The notes beneath the pieces were generated by a model. That model worked only from the letters and a program-made list of their open reading frames with translations, made no database searches and was not told the DNA's origin. The translations under genes were made by a program, and so were the position numbers. From the NCBI GenBank assembly GCA_950097015.1, contig CATNEN010000001.1:8184001-8248000 (forward strand): a stretch of 64,000 bases of DNA, given 5' to 3'. This DNA comes from Macrostomum hystrix. Its lineage: Eukaryota > Animalia > Platyhelminthes. Positions 38,306 to 50,997 of this stretch are shown piece by piece. Each line of letters begins with the position of its first letter. Positions within the stretch are counted from its first letter, which is position 1.

Positions 38306-40130
38306 TTAGTCAGCAAGTCTCTCCATTGCACTTAGATATTTAGCAACCTCGGCTGCTAGATAGGAGGCTAGGAAGATCTTGTGAAAGCTAAACAGCATTC
38401 CTAGCCATAGAATGTAGATCCAAAGCCACAGAAACAATAGCGCCATAGGATCCATTGGTTCATAGAGTCTCCAGAGTACCAGTGGGCAGGCAGCATTGTG
38501 CAGACGAGACAACCAGATCGATTGGTTATGATAGCCGCAGCCCCTGTTACTAATCGGAGTGCTGCTGCTGTCCTTTTTACTGCTGCTGTTTCCAAACTGC
38601 TGCTTACAGCACGAGTCGGGCACACGACCGGGGCCGATAATGTCTAGCCACTCGGTGTGGTCACTGCGATAGCCGCAGCATTTTCGCTTGACGTGCAGCC
38701 CGTCCAGAAAGTCTGTCGTGGCCTTCGATTTATTGTACTTGCTGTACAGACCAACCTAAAGAGAAATCCAATGCGTTGTTTTCTGGTGCATTGAAAAATA
38801 AAATGAAGCACACATTCACACAGATACTGTTCGCAGGCAAACACTCAGGTTGTGTACATCTGTCCTGACTTTCTCATCGTGAGGCAGTGTACACTCGCAC
38901 TGTACCTTGGAGGTTGGCCCTCAAAGGCGCGAATATCACGACAAGTCCTCATGTCTTCTCCGCGCGGCTCCGACTCTCATATACCAATGATAATAATAGC
39001 CCTTTCAGTGGCCATTGTCAAATTTACGTCTAAACAATTGCAATAGCCATGGGGTATCCTGCATGCCTTTTAAGGTTTTAATTCTGGGACCATCAAATGT
39101 TTGAGACCATGCGAATAAACACCAGAAAACTACCTGGCCGTCATAAGATTAGTCTGGGAGGTTCGGTGGCGAAGTGGTAAAGCGTCCTCAGTTTTTACTC
39201 TCGCATTGAAGTCGTAGAGCTCGAATTTGCGGCGAGGCCAAATTCATTTGTGGCCAGGGGGCATAGGGGTAGGGGCCGCGACCCTACCATATCGGCTGAT
39301 AAATCTATGTGGCACCCATGGGAAGTGGCGCACCCCTGGTACTGGCGCGCCCCTGGTACTGGCGCACCCCTGGTACTGGCGCACCCCTGGTACTGGCGCA
39401 CCCCTGGTACTGGCGCGCCCCTGGTACTGGCGCACCCCTGGTACTGGCGCACCCCTGGTACTGGCGCACCCCTGGTACTGGCGCACCCCTGGTAGTGGCA
39501 CACCCCTGGTACTGGCGCACCCCTGGTACTGGCGCGCCCCTGGTGGCGCACCCCAGGTACTGGCGCACCACTGGTACTGGCGCGCCCCTGGTAGTGGCGC
39601 ACCCCTGGTACTGGCGCACCCCTGGTAGTGGCGCACCCCTGGTAGCGGCGCACCCCTGGTACTTGACCCCCAACAAGTAGGCGGCCCCCCTAGACGAAAA
39701 TCCTGGCTGCGCAACCGACAAAGCGAAGGTTTAGAGGGCTTGTCGGGAATTAAGTTAAGAAATAAATTATCGACTGAATATTTACCATCTGTTCAGAGAG
39801 GAACTCCTGAGATCGCACGTTGTTCTGAAATATGAAGATGCTAGCGGCGATTGAAAATGAAAGCAGGACACACTGGCAAGTAAGGCTGAGGATGCACTGC
39901 AAGCGAGCGTTACTGAAACTGGAAACCACCTGCAACAGACCAGTCGCCAGAAAAATGACAGCGAAAACTTTTAGCGTAGTCAAAAGATACGGGTTCGCCA
40001 AAGCTAGCGGCGTCTGCTTGAAAACTTCCGTCCAGGAGTCAAAGTCGCCAAAAATCAATACGGAGCCGGCGATACCGAATGTTAAGTTAATTAGTGCCAA
40101 AAAGGTCGTTAATTTTCCAGCTAGAAGCAT
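38306..40130 (-). CDS. Divergent tetraspanin, 2 exons
   Basis: Exons 40130-39786 (TM1-3) and 38755-38306 join in phase 0 across a GT-AG intron. EC2 has CCG, PDSCC and two more Cys, followed by TM4. Confidence 0.85.
39327..39662. repeat. 17-bp GC-rich minisatellite (GCGCACCCCTGGTACTG), possibly inside a decayed MITE (about 39250-39717)
   Basis: About 19 tandem copies. The right flank reads GCGCAGCCAGGATTTT on the - strand, similar to hAT-MITE ends. Confidence 0.9.
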
Positions 40131-40340
40131 TGCTATAACGTTCTTATTCAGAACTTTCAGAGTTGAACAAATTTAAACTCTTTCTGAGATATCTTCATAT
40201 TATTGCATATATTAACCAGTTGTATGAAACATTATCTATGGTAATTCTTTCAGAGAAAGAAAAAGCCGTCCCTCTGCTTATCGACTTCTCTAGTTGGCAT
40301 CTGAACCTAGGTTGCTCTTTTCATGGACATCTTTATATTG

Positions 40341-40620
40341 CAGGGCTTATAGGCTAGTGGTTAAAGACTCAGAGTCGTGACCTGAAGGTTGGGGGTTCGA
40401 TTCCCGACTCTGCTAGAATAATTTGTGTCTTTTAGTGAGAGACTTTACTCTACATTGCTTCAGTTGACGCAGCTGTTAATTACATAGGTATCACGGCTGG
40501 GGTAATTGAGTGTGGCGTCCATGGACTGAATAGCCGTTCGTAGCCTTCACTTTGCGCCGCGCAATAGCTGCGGCTGTGCTGTCGGCTGCCATCTGGACCG
40601 ATTCCTATTCCTATTATATT
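40341..40620 (+). mobile_element. SINE family 2 copy
   Basis: Colinear with the 36171 copy, including the tail GCGCCGCGCAATAGCTGCGGCTGTGCTGTCGGCTGC. Confidence 0.82.
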
Positions 40621-41890
40621 GTTATGACTGTGGTCGGTTTGGCTACAGCACTATTAGGTAAACTACCAGGACGCTCTATTTCAGCCTGGCACGGGTGGCG
40701 TTATGACGCTCACGCAGTACTCTTATGTAAGATCGTACAGTATGGACCTGGCACTCCGAAAGGACAGAGACGAATGCAGCGCTTACCTGTCGGAACGCAG
40801 GATGAAACCGTTTTTTTGACGAGTTCTGTTTATTTTTAAGCAATAAATAGAGTCTTCGCAGTAAGATACCGTCTTTACGGCTCGAATCTTTAAGTTAAAG
40901 TTCAATGCTATCGCTGGTGCGAGGTGCCCCGTCACGGGTAGATAAGAGCAAAAATAGGGCGGCTATCTTGGGGAGGGGGCAGACAGGGGAGGCTGTGCAC
41001 AAACACAGTCAAGCCACCAGCGCGCAGGGAGGGGTAGCTGATTGGCGGGGGGGCAAAGCTGCGCAGGGCTGGGGTAAGGGTTAACAAACAATGCCCTGCG
41101 CCCAGCCAATCAGGTAGCGGCACAGGGCACACAGAGCAGGGACGGAGGTGGAGGGCGAGGCCATGGCCGAGCCAGCCAAACCGGCCTGAAACAACGGCCT
41201 TGGCGAGCAGTCGACAATGACCAACGCCTCAGGAACACAGGCACTATAATGTATTAATTTTATATGTCCATTGTAAAAAATAAAGTTTGTTCTGCCCACT
41301 CGATAACACTAACGCAGATTTGAAATTCAAAAGCAACGAAGGTACTGCTTTACTGTACAATCAATAATTGACACGAGTGCTGAAGATGTGGTTGAAGAAG
41401 ACTATGAACTGCTGGAAGCGGGTGGAATAGATGAAGTTGATGCGGAATTCGAGTAAGAGACCATGGTGCAGCAGCCTCGGGAGTACGCTATTGTAAGCAA
41501 CAGTGACAGAGACCTATCACCAAGGGAAGAGCCAAACGATTCAAGTGGGATAAAAAATGAATGCTAATTTGCGCCAGCAAATCCCCGAAAAGCCTCATGT
41601 AATTTAGCCGCATGTTTTCATTGACAACGTAAGTTCACACAGTGACACCGAAGAATACGAGATTTCGGACTCCGTTCTGGTCAAGCGGCTTCCATCTCAC
41701 AGTCCATTTTTAATCCTGTGGAGATTACATCTCAGGTGTAATTGGGAGGCCGCTCTGAAGACAGAACTCGCAGCAGACCAGCAGACTGCTAAGCAGCACA
41801 GGAATCAGTCGATGGCAGCCTGTCGGCGAGACGTCCTGTTACAGCATGGTAGAGAGAACCGTTGGCTGCATCACTGCCGACAAGTTTACT

Positions 41891-44800
41891 TGTAGACTAA
41901 GGCAGAGAGACTGCGACTTAAAGTTGACGAAGTTTTACAGCGATTTATTTGTTGACTCACGAGTTGAATAGCAATCAGTGCCAAGGTGTAAAAGTGAGAG
42001 AGAAAGGCATGCACGCGGTTGATGTACATTAGACACCCAGAGAAGTGAGCGCATATGTACATTGCCACACACTACAATCCTCCCACGCAAAGAAGAAAAA
42101 AAGAAAAATCGAAGGAAATAAAGATATTCCAAAATAATAAAAACGCAGCAAGTGATTGGTGCAACTTAAGCAATATTAAGACAGTCTATGAGTTCAGCGC
42201 AGTCATTCAATCAAAAGTTCAACCCGGCACATATCGATCAACCGGCAGCCGCCTCCGCACCGGGTAGCGCCCCAGGGGCAGCTCGTCCGCCGCCTCTCCG
42301 CAGCCGTGCAGCTCGTGCACGAAGGGCGGCTGCTCGAAACGCTCGACGTCGGGTGCCGGCAGGAACAGCGGCCGAAGGCAGTTTACGTTCACTTTGCGCG
42401 TCTTGCCGGTCTTGCCGATCTCGACCGCCAGATCGCGCTGGGACAGCACCCGCCAGCCGGGGTCCCAGTACGGCGTCAGCTTGGAACCCCTCAGCTCGAT
42501 GCGCAGCAGCACCTCGTCGCCCTGGCCGAATCTGCGCAGCTGCCCGGCTGACCTGTTGTAGTCGCTCTGCTGCTCGCCAGCCGCCTGCACCAGGTGCTCC
42601 TCGACAAACTCTCGAATGCGAAGCAGGTCGGCCTCCAGCTTGTCTGCGTAGGTCCGCACGTCGTAGAATCACCTGGGCTGCTGGCTGAGGACTGGCAGAC
42701 AGGGGTTGCGCCCGGTGAAGACATTCAGCGGTGGCAGTCGCGTTGAGCAGTGCACTCGCGAGTTGTAGGACAGCAGGATCAGCGGCAGCTTGTCCTCCCA
42801 CTCGCTCTCTCGCTCGGTAAAGCACCTGAGTAGTTGTAGCACTTGTTTCCCGACTCGGCCAGTCCGTTTCCTTTCGGATTGTACGCTGTGGTTCTTGTCT
42901 TGGTGACTCCCAGACCACGCAGAGTGTCTTGAAAGAGCTGGCTTTCGAAATTCGGGCCTTGGTCCGAGTGGATGACTCGAGGCAGTCCAGCCTGGGAGCA
43001 TATTGAAAGGAAGGCGCGAGCAGTAGTCTGGGCCGTCTGGTCCGGTAACGCCACAGCCGTCAGGTACTTGGAAAATTGGTCCTGAGCTACCAGCAGGTAA
43101 TTGTTGCCGCGTGATGATGGTGTCACCTTGACGATGTCGATGGCCACCGAGTGCCATGGCGATCCGATAGGCAGCTCTCCGAGTGGCGCCTTGGGCTGCG
43201 AAACTGCCTTCTTCTCCTGGCAGACGGCGCAGCTTTGGCAGTGCTACAGGACGTCCTCAGCCATGCCCGGCCAGTAGGCGGTCAGCTTGAGCGTTCGGTA
43301 GCATTTCTCGGCACCGAAGTGGCCTCCCAGACCTTCGTGCGCGTCTGCTAGGAACTGGTGTCGTAGAATTGCCGGCACCACTGGAACCTCCCTCAGTCCG
43401 TCCAGGTCGTTGAACTTGCGTGAGAGAACTCCGTCATCATTCAGCTTCAGCTTCCTCCAGATTCTGCTCAGTTGCTGCAGCGGTCCTGATCGCCATCTTG
43501 GTCGCTTGAATCGCTTGAATCACCTGACTAAGCTCTGGATCTTGCCGCTGAGCAGTTTTGAGCTCCTCCGAGCCGATTTCTGCTGTCAGTTGAGTCGCTG
43601 CAATTTCCGGGGCGTGCAGCCTGGACAGCGCGTCGGCATCGGAATTCTCCTCACCTCCGTGGTACTTGACGATGAAGTCAAACTCTTGGAGCAGCAGCCG
43701 CCAGCGACCCAGCGTACCATAGCTATCGACTCTCTGAGAATCGATGTAGGTGAGCGGGCAGTGATCCGTGTGCACCGTGAAATGCTTTCCGAGCAAGTAG
43801 TGCCGGAAGACTTTGAAAGCGTGCAGGATGGCCAGACACTCCTTCTCTGTTGCCGAGTACTTCTTCTCCGCCGAGTTGAACGCCCTGCTCGAAAACTCGA
43901 TCACTGCATCGCCTTGCTTCAGGATTGCACCGACCCCACTGCCGCTGGCATCTGTGAAGACAGCGAACTCCTTGGAAAAGTCCGGGTTCACCAGGATCGG
44001 AGGACTTATCAGGCAGATCTTGAGCTCTTCGAAGGCAGCTTGGCACTCTGTAGTCCACTCAAACGCCACGCCCTTGCCAGTCAGGTGGTGAAGTGGTGCA
44101 GCGATGGCAGCGAAGTTGGCGACATGGCGGCGGTACTGGTTGCACAGGCCGATGAACTGGCGGATCTCCTTGACTGACCTCGGCTCCTTCCACTGCTGAA
44201 TCGCCTCCAGCTTCTCTTTGCTTGGCTGAGCTCCCTCCTTTGAATAGCGCGTGCCGAGGAAGGTCACTTCAGGCACTGCGATCTTGCACTTGGAGCCTCT
44301 CAGTGTCAGCCCGGCTGCTCTGACTCGCTGAAGTGCCTCTCGCAGTTGCAGCAAATGCTCCTTCCTGTTCTTTGAGAAGCACAGGCTGTCATCGAAAAAC
44401 GTAAAGACGAAGTCACAGCCATTGAAAACTTTGGACATGAGCATGCAGAACGTGCTGGGGCCACCTGACAGACCTTGAGGCATTCTCTTAAATTGGTACA
44501 GCGGCATCTCTGGTCCAGGGCTAAAGGCTGTCTTCTGTCTGTCTTCTTCAGCCAGAGGGATCTGGAAGTAGCCTCCATTGAGATCCAGCACTGAGAACAC
44601 CGTGCTGCCCGCGATTCGATCTCGTGCCTCCTCCATTAGTCCGTCTCACTCTGGAACCTTGCACTGCAGATACAACGAGGAGCTGTAGGGTTGGCCTTGA
44701 AGTCCAGTTGCAAACGGTGCTTGCCTATGAAGTCGACACCGACGATGACAGGACAAACCAAATCGTACACCACGTAGAACAAATACAGCGCTGTCACTTT

Positions 44801-46094
44801 CCCGACTGTGAGCGGCAACTCGATCTGCCACTCGATGCTGATTGGCTGCTTGTTCACCGAGTGCAGCTGCACTCCGGCTGAAGTTGCGCGGCTGAGCTGC
44901 GATTTCGTCAGAATGCTGGAGTCGACCAGTGAGCACTTGCTGCCGGTGTCTAAAAGCGCCTTCACACTTCTGCCATCAAGCTTGCACTTACACTGCGAAA
45001 GTCGGTCGGGCGTAACGCTGCATCCACTGAAGACCCCGCCGACAGCGAGCGCTGGCCCCGGAGCCGGCGCTGGTGAACCCGCAGTTACTGCTGGCGAGGT
45101 GGCGGGCCCGCCCACCCTAGCCTCTGGCGTTTCCCGACTGCTGCCGCCGACTGTAGCAGTCCTTGGCGATGTGGCCGGTTTTGTGGCAGTTGTAGCAGAC
45201 GATATCGGATCTCGGTCGGTGTGGCCTAGCTGTACTGCAGCTTCTTACTCCACAGGCTGCCAGCTGCTCCAGCTGGGTGCCAATGTGCTCACCGAGGCCT
45301 GCAGACTCTGCACTGTGTCCCGCAGCTCCTGAACTTCGCTGGACTGGCTCTGCCGAGGCTGTACCGCAGCTGCGTTGCTGCTGAATTGTGCTGCATCAGT
45401 AGCTGAGCCTTTTCAAGCGCTTGCACTGAGGTCTTGATCTTGGTGTCTGCTCGAATCTGCCAGCCCACGGAGTCTGGCAGGCCGCAGATGAACTGATGAA
45501 ACAGCAGGGCTTCTCGAGCATCCACATCGACCACGGCAGAGCGCTGCAGCAGTTTCTTCAGCTCGTACAGGTACATGCGTGGAGTCTCACTTGCCAAAAT
45601 TCTCCTCGCCTTGAACGCTTCCATGACGGCGAAGTGCTCTCGGTCCGGGTGGAACGCATTCTCCAGTGCTCCGGTAACTTTGCCGAATTCTGCCTGATCG
45701 GCTGCAGACAGTTTTAAATAGACGACAAGGGCCTCGCCGTCTAGAAAAGTTGCCAGTCGCTCCGCCTTGCAAGAGTCCCACTTGTTCACTTTGGCACAAA
45801 CTTCAAAACGTTGCAGCCATTCTTTAAAGTCGCATGCACTGAATACTCTGGGCAGCACTGCACTAGCTTTCTCAGCCATTGTGGAAACCACGCTCTGCTA
45901 CCACTTGTGGACTAATTAGGCAGAGAGACTGCGACTTAGAGTTGACGAAGTTTTACAGCTATTTATTTGTTGACTCACGAGTTAAATAGCAATCAGTGCC
46001 AAGGTGTAAAAGTGAGAGAGAAAGGCATGCACGCGGTTGATGTACATTAGACACCCAGAGAAGTGAGCGCATATGTACATTGCCACACACTACA
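41891..46094 (-). mobile_element. Ty3/Gypsy LTR retrotransposon, defective
   Basis: LTRs 45906-46094 and 41891-42076 (TG..CA, near-identical). TSD TACT on both sides. PBS 45884-45903 complementary to the initiator tRNA-Met 3' end. PPT next to the 3' LTR. Domain order gag-PR-RT-RH-IN. Confidence 0.95.
42219..45879 (-). pseudogene. Gypsy gag-pol, frameshifted
   Basis: CCHC knuckle CYNCHKTGHIAKDC (about 45155-45205), protease LLDTGS, RT (LDLNGGYFQI, MPQGL, FFDD), RNase H (TDASG), integrase (HHCC containing an in-frame TAG, HSDQG). The RT N-terminus appears deleted at about 44636. Confidence 0.9.
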
Positions 46095-49012
46095 TACTGA
46101 GTGGTTCAATAATGTATTTTCATACGTTACTCGCTGCCTTGATGGACAGGCAATTGATGGTTAGGTGGCTACGTTCATCAACATATTGTGCTTTAATCTC
46201 ACTGTCAAAATAGAATGAAACTTTGTTTTTTTTAACTTGAAATCAGCACGTGTACGTATGTCTCTCCGGCTTTTGGCCGTAATATGGGTTGAATTTCCTC
46301 TGTTTTGATAGAAAGGGACTTTATTTAAATTGAGTTTCCGCAAGCGCTGAAATTTCTTAAAGCGTTTAATTAAACTTCTGTTTGTTTCAAAAATAATCTG
46401 ATTTTTTCCTAATCGGGGGTAAAATTGTGTACATTTTATGTAAATAGTGTTAAGTGTTGTAAAATGTTGTACTAAAAAGCAAAAAAATGCCACCGAATTA
46501 TTAGCTCAAGAACTAGTTTTTATACAAATAATTCGACAAATGCTTAATTGTGCATGTATTTAACTATGTATTTTTTTGTTATATTTGTTTATTGTTTTTA
46601 ATTGGGATACATTTTTAAACACTATTTTGCTGTTTTGGTTTAATGTATACACACGCTCATTGTATTCATCAAAGCTGGGGCTTAGTCCAGGCTCCAGAGA
46701 AAATTGAGACTGCATTCCAGTTTCCACCCTAGCCATGGATAGACTAGAAGCTGACCATCACACATTTTTCGACAAGTAGCTAAGTGGTGCTATCGATACA
46801 CGATAACACAAAACAGTAGACCCTAAAAAGTTTTTTATCACGGAACCGTACTATTGCATTTAGAATGCCGCCCGCCTAGTCTTGATATAACACGATTATT
46901 AGTTTATTTACTTGCGTCAGTTTAGTTTATTCGACTTGCTTCAAAGAGAATCCAGAAGGTAAGAAAAATCATCAACTAGCTAATAAAAAAGGTTTTTAAA
47001 ACGAAGCTGTCCTTTCGGAGGTCTAGCTTCATATTACCAAAGGACATATGACAATCACTTATCCTAGGCCTAAACTTAGTCTAAACTAAGGCATGTCATA
47101 ACATTTATAAATTAATAAAATTAATAAATTAACAAATTTATAAATGAGTAAGAGCACATGAAAAACTTTAATTGCCATTTTTGTCGCCCTAAGAATATAA
47201 TTTCTTGCCTGACTCACTCACTTTAATCTTTATAGTATCAATCAATCCACTTCATCTCAATACCAGACAATAGTTCCTTAATCATTTAAATTATTCTAAT
47301 ATTCAAACCTCTTTTCCAAAATTCTCACATTTTTATGAAATATTTTAAATTAGTCAGATTATTATCAACTCACCATATTTTTGGCCTATCTTTATATATC
47401 TATAGGGTAATGTATCATCAACCAAACAGTGTATCTTCAAAACCAAACAAGAATTTTGACTTCTTCCTTGGTCTCATGCAAGACAGAAGCAAGCTATTGT
47501 GTTTCACAGAACAACTAATTTGAAAGTTGAAGAAATTATCTTCAAGCTGAGCCATAGTGTGGATCATGCTAAGTGCACACGAGAACCGACCCAAAGCTAA
47601 TTCCCAAAAGCACGCCGACGACAAGCGAATGCACGCCGATGCACGCCGATGCACGCCTACTAGGACAAATGTATTTGTCAAAATCCTTAATGTCAAGACG
47701 AACGATTGCGAAAAAATATGATTGATGGTTAATTAATACGATATATACGAAACGATAGACAAAAAACGCATTTTAAATTGCATTGCGTAAAACAAAGCAA
47801 CAAACGATGTACAAAAACAATTATATATCTTTAAAAAAGTGTATTTATCATAAATTTATTTATTTAACAGTTTAATACACTGTTCAAATACAAGAGTTTT
47901 TTTTCAAAAGTTAAATACAATAATACGTATTTTATGTCTGCTTACCAATGCATTGGCAGCATTGCCACATCAGTTGCCAGACTGCCAGGCACGCGGCACG
48001 CGGCGCATGCCGGGCACGCCAGTGTATTTATGTAGTATGCATTATGCACGCCAAATGCATGCCACTTACCTAATCGCACGCCGGTGCACGCCACTTTTGA
48101 AAATGCACGCGGGAAAATTCTTGCGTGCACTACATGATCTACACTATGGAAGCTGAGGCATGATGTGCAATGAAACATTAAGAGAAAAGAAAGATATTGA
48201 TGATTCAGTATAAAATTTTATTGCAAAAGCATACTTTTTAACAACATTTTTTCAGTATGTACTTTAGATGAAGATTGTATGTGGTTGCTTGCCAATTAGA
48301 TGACCATAAATGTAGTTATTTATAGAGCATGAAAAATGCTTTCAAATTACATAATTCATGATAATTCACTCCTTAAAATAATATTAAACCACTCACGAAA
48401 ATTGTAAAACCAAACATCAAATTCTCTGTTTGGTTTGAAGATACATGAAAATAATTGTTCGGTTTGAGATAAAAAGCAGGAATAACTTTTTTCTATTTGA
48501 TAAAATAGCAAAAGCAGACTTTTTAGAAAGATGTAACTGTTTTCTATACCCGGTGGGACATTTACTATATGCCCCTCTGTACACCCCACTATGTGCCCTC
48601 CCACCAGTCACCAGTGGGGGGCGTACGGTTTGGCCAAGCGCCCCGCTGGTAGCCCACCGGCGCGGGGTGCCGGTGGGGGGTGGGGGAGCAGGGTAAATTA
48701 AATTTGGGGCAAATCCTCAAAGTCTACTGTTAGTAGGCTGTGCTGTATTTTTTGAGCGCAGTATTTGATCGACCGGCTCGAGCCGCCGGTGGGGGAGCAG
48801 AGTAAATAAAATTTGGCGCAATTTCTTCACAGTCTACTGTTAGTAGGCTGTGCTGTATTTTTTGAGTGCCGTAAAAAGCCTAGCAGCAGGTCCTTGACTT
48901 ACTTTGACTTAGCGGCAGGGGGCCTCCATGACGGACGCAGCGAGGAGGCGCCTGGTGCCACCCATATCGCTAACCCCTGGCAGCCAGACGGCCTCCAGCG
49001 AGGCGGTGCCGC

Positions 49013-50997
49013 TCAGGGTGGTCCGTCGGTCAGTTCCGCCGCGCGATCTTCCTCGCCATAGGCTGGGAAGAAATCAGCTCGGCCGGTATCCCGGAGGAAG
49101 TGGGCGAGCTGTGGGATGTTCTCGGGCGAGCAGGCTTCGGCAAGAGTCGGTGCCGGCCCGAGATGCTTTAGCCTAGCCCGGGTGAAGGCCGGGCAGTGGC
49201 AGATGAAATGTTCGGCGTTTTCACGTCCGGAGCAGCAGAAGGGACACGTTTCCTCAGGCACGTGGCCTTGGAGGTAGCGGTGTCTGGTGAAGCAGCCATG
49301 TCCCGAAAGGGCCATGGTGACTGCTCTCAGGTCTCTGCGGTTTAGCCTGAGTAAGGCCTTACGCAGGTTACTAGAGGGGGTTGGCACCGTAGCCCTGGAC
49401 TGGCGACAGTTCAGGGTGCTGGACCACCTCCTCCGATGCTGGGTCTCCATCCAGCGGTTGATGCTGGAGTTGACAACAGAGGCGGGGATCGGGGATTCCG
49501 GGCCCGGGCCCATCAGGGAGCTGGCTGCTCCAGCCTTTGCAAGCTGGTCCGCCATCTCATTCCCTGTGAACCCGGCATGCCCAGGGATCCACATCAGCTC
49601 CACCTTATTAGACTGCGCCAACCCGTTTAACTGGGTGTTGCAGTCCAAGGTGGTTCTGGAGCGAGAGGTGCAGCGGCTGAGGGCCTTGAGGGCTGCTTGA
49701 CTGTCGGAGTGAAAAAAGATCCTCCGACCAGCCAGCTGCCTCTGGCGCAGCTCAGCCGCACAGAAGCTGATGGCGAGCACTTCGTTTTGGAAAACGCTAG
49801 AGCTCTTGCCACAGTATTGGGAGTGGGTCCAGAGGACCTCACCACCCAAGGCGACGCACACTCCGAATCCCGATTTACCGTTCATCAGAGAGCCGTCAGT
49901 GTAACAGTGGACTGCCGGGTCATCCCAGCAGTCCTTTACCTCATTACTAGGGGAGATGCTGACTTTGTACCTGTGGCTCCGGAGTAAAGTGGCCGGGGCC
50001 CCGTCCGAAAGGATGGTGAGCCCTCCGCACTCGCCCAGAGTTTTCAGGCAGAGGTCAGAGTGAGGCAGAAGGGAGCGCTTCGAGAAGGCTCGCGAATTCT
50101 GGAAATAGACACCCGCATCAAGAAGACGACGGGTGGACTTTGCTGCTTCCCCCTTGACGAAAATGTCAATGGGTGTAGCGTTGAGGAAAGCATTCATGCC
50201 TTCGAAGGGAGTGGAGGGTGGGGCGCCCAGCGTCATACGACAGGCTCTGCCCTGCACCCTATAAAGCGCCTCCAGGTTTTTCTGGATGCCCATGGCGCTG
50301 GCCCAGATGAGGCCAGCGTAAGCGACGGACGGTCTAATGATCGCCGTGTAAATCCACCAAAGGTTCTTGGGGGTTAGCCCCCAGGTGGTGCCCACGGCAC
50401 GCCTGACTTGCGCCAGTATGGCCAGGGCCCTCTTGGCCTTTGTGGTGATGTGTGGGGTCCAGTTAAGCCTATGGTCTAGCACGAGACCAAGGCACCGGAC
50501 CTGCTTTTCCATGGCAATATTCTTGCCATAGAGAGTCAGAAGCTTAATGGTCCAGTGCAGTTTGCTGGTAAACATAACCGCGACGGTCTTGGACTCAGAG
50601 AGTCGGAGCCCGCATTGGTCCGCCCAGCGCACCGCCTTGTTGATAAAGCCCTGAATGAGGTCCCTGGTGGTTTCCGCCGAGGGGCCCGCGCAGATGGCGG
50701 TCACATCGTCGGCATATCCCACCTTCAGGACTGGGTCTGGACGAGTGCTTTTCAGCAGCTCATCCATGACGAGATTCCACAGCAGTGGGGTGAGGACGCC
50801 GCCTTGGGGCCCTCCTTTTAGGACAGGTGCCGAGAGCACCCTGCCTTCGAGGTGGGCCACCACGTGGCGATTCCGGATCATGTACATGACCCAGCGAACG
50901 AGGTGGGGGTGAGTGGCCCTGGAAACCAGGGCCTTCTCAAAGGCTTCGAAAACAACGTTATCGAAGGCCCCCTCAATATCAAGGAAGACAGCCAGGG
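49013..50997 (-). CDS. LINE ORF2 C-terminal half (RT, RNase H, zinc finger)
   Basis: FLDIEGAFD, GPQGGVLTPLLW, YADD, YTDGS/SDS/WIPGH..GNE.AD, CPFC..EHF..HC. Confidence 0.93.

Noticed and set aside
39195-39721. Multiple overlapping ORFs
   Set aside because: Produced by the 17-bp GC-rich array in the tetraspanin intron.
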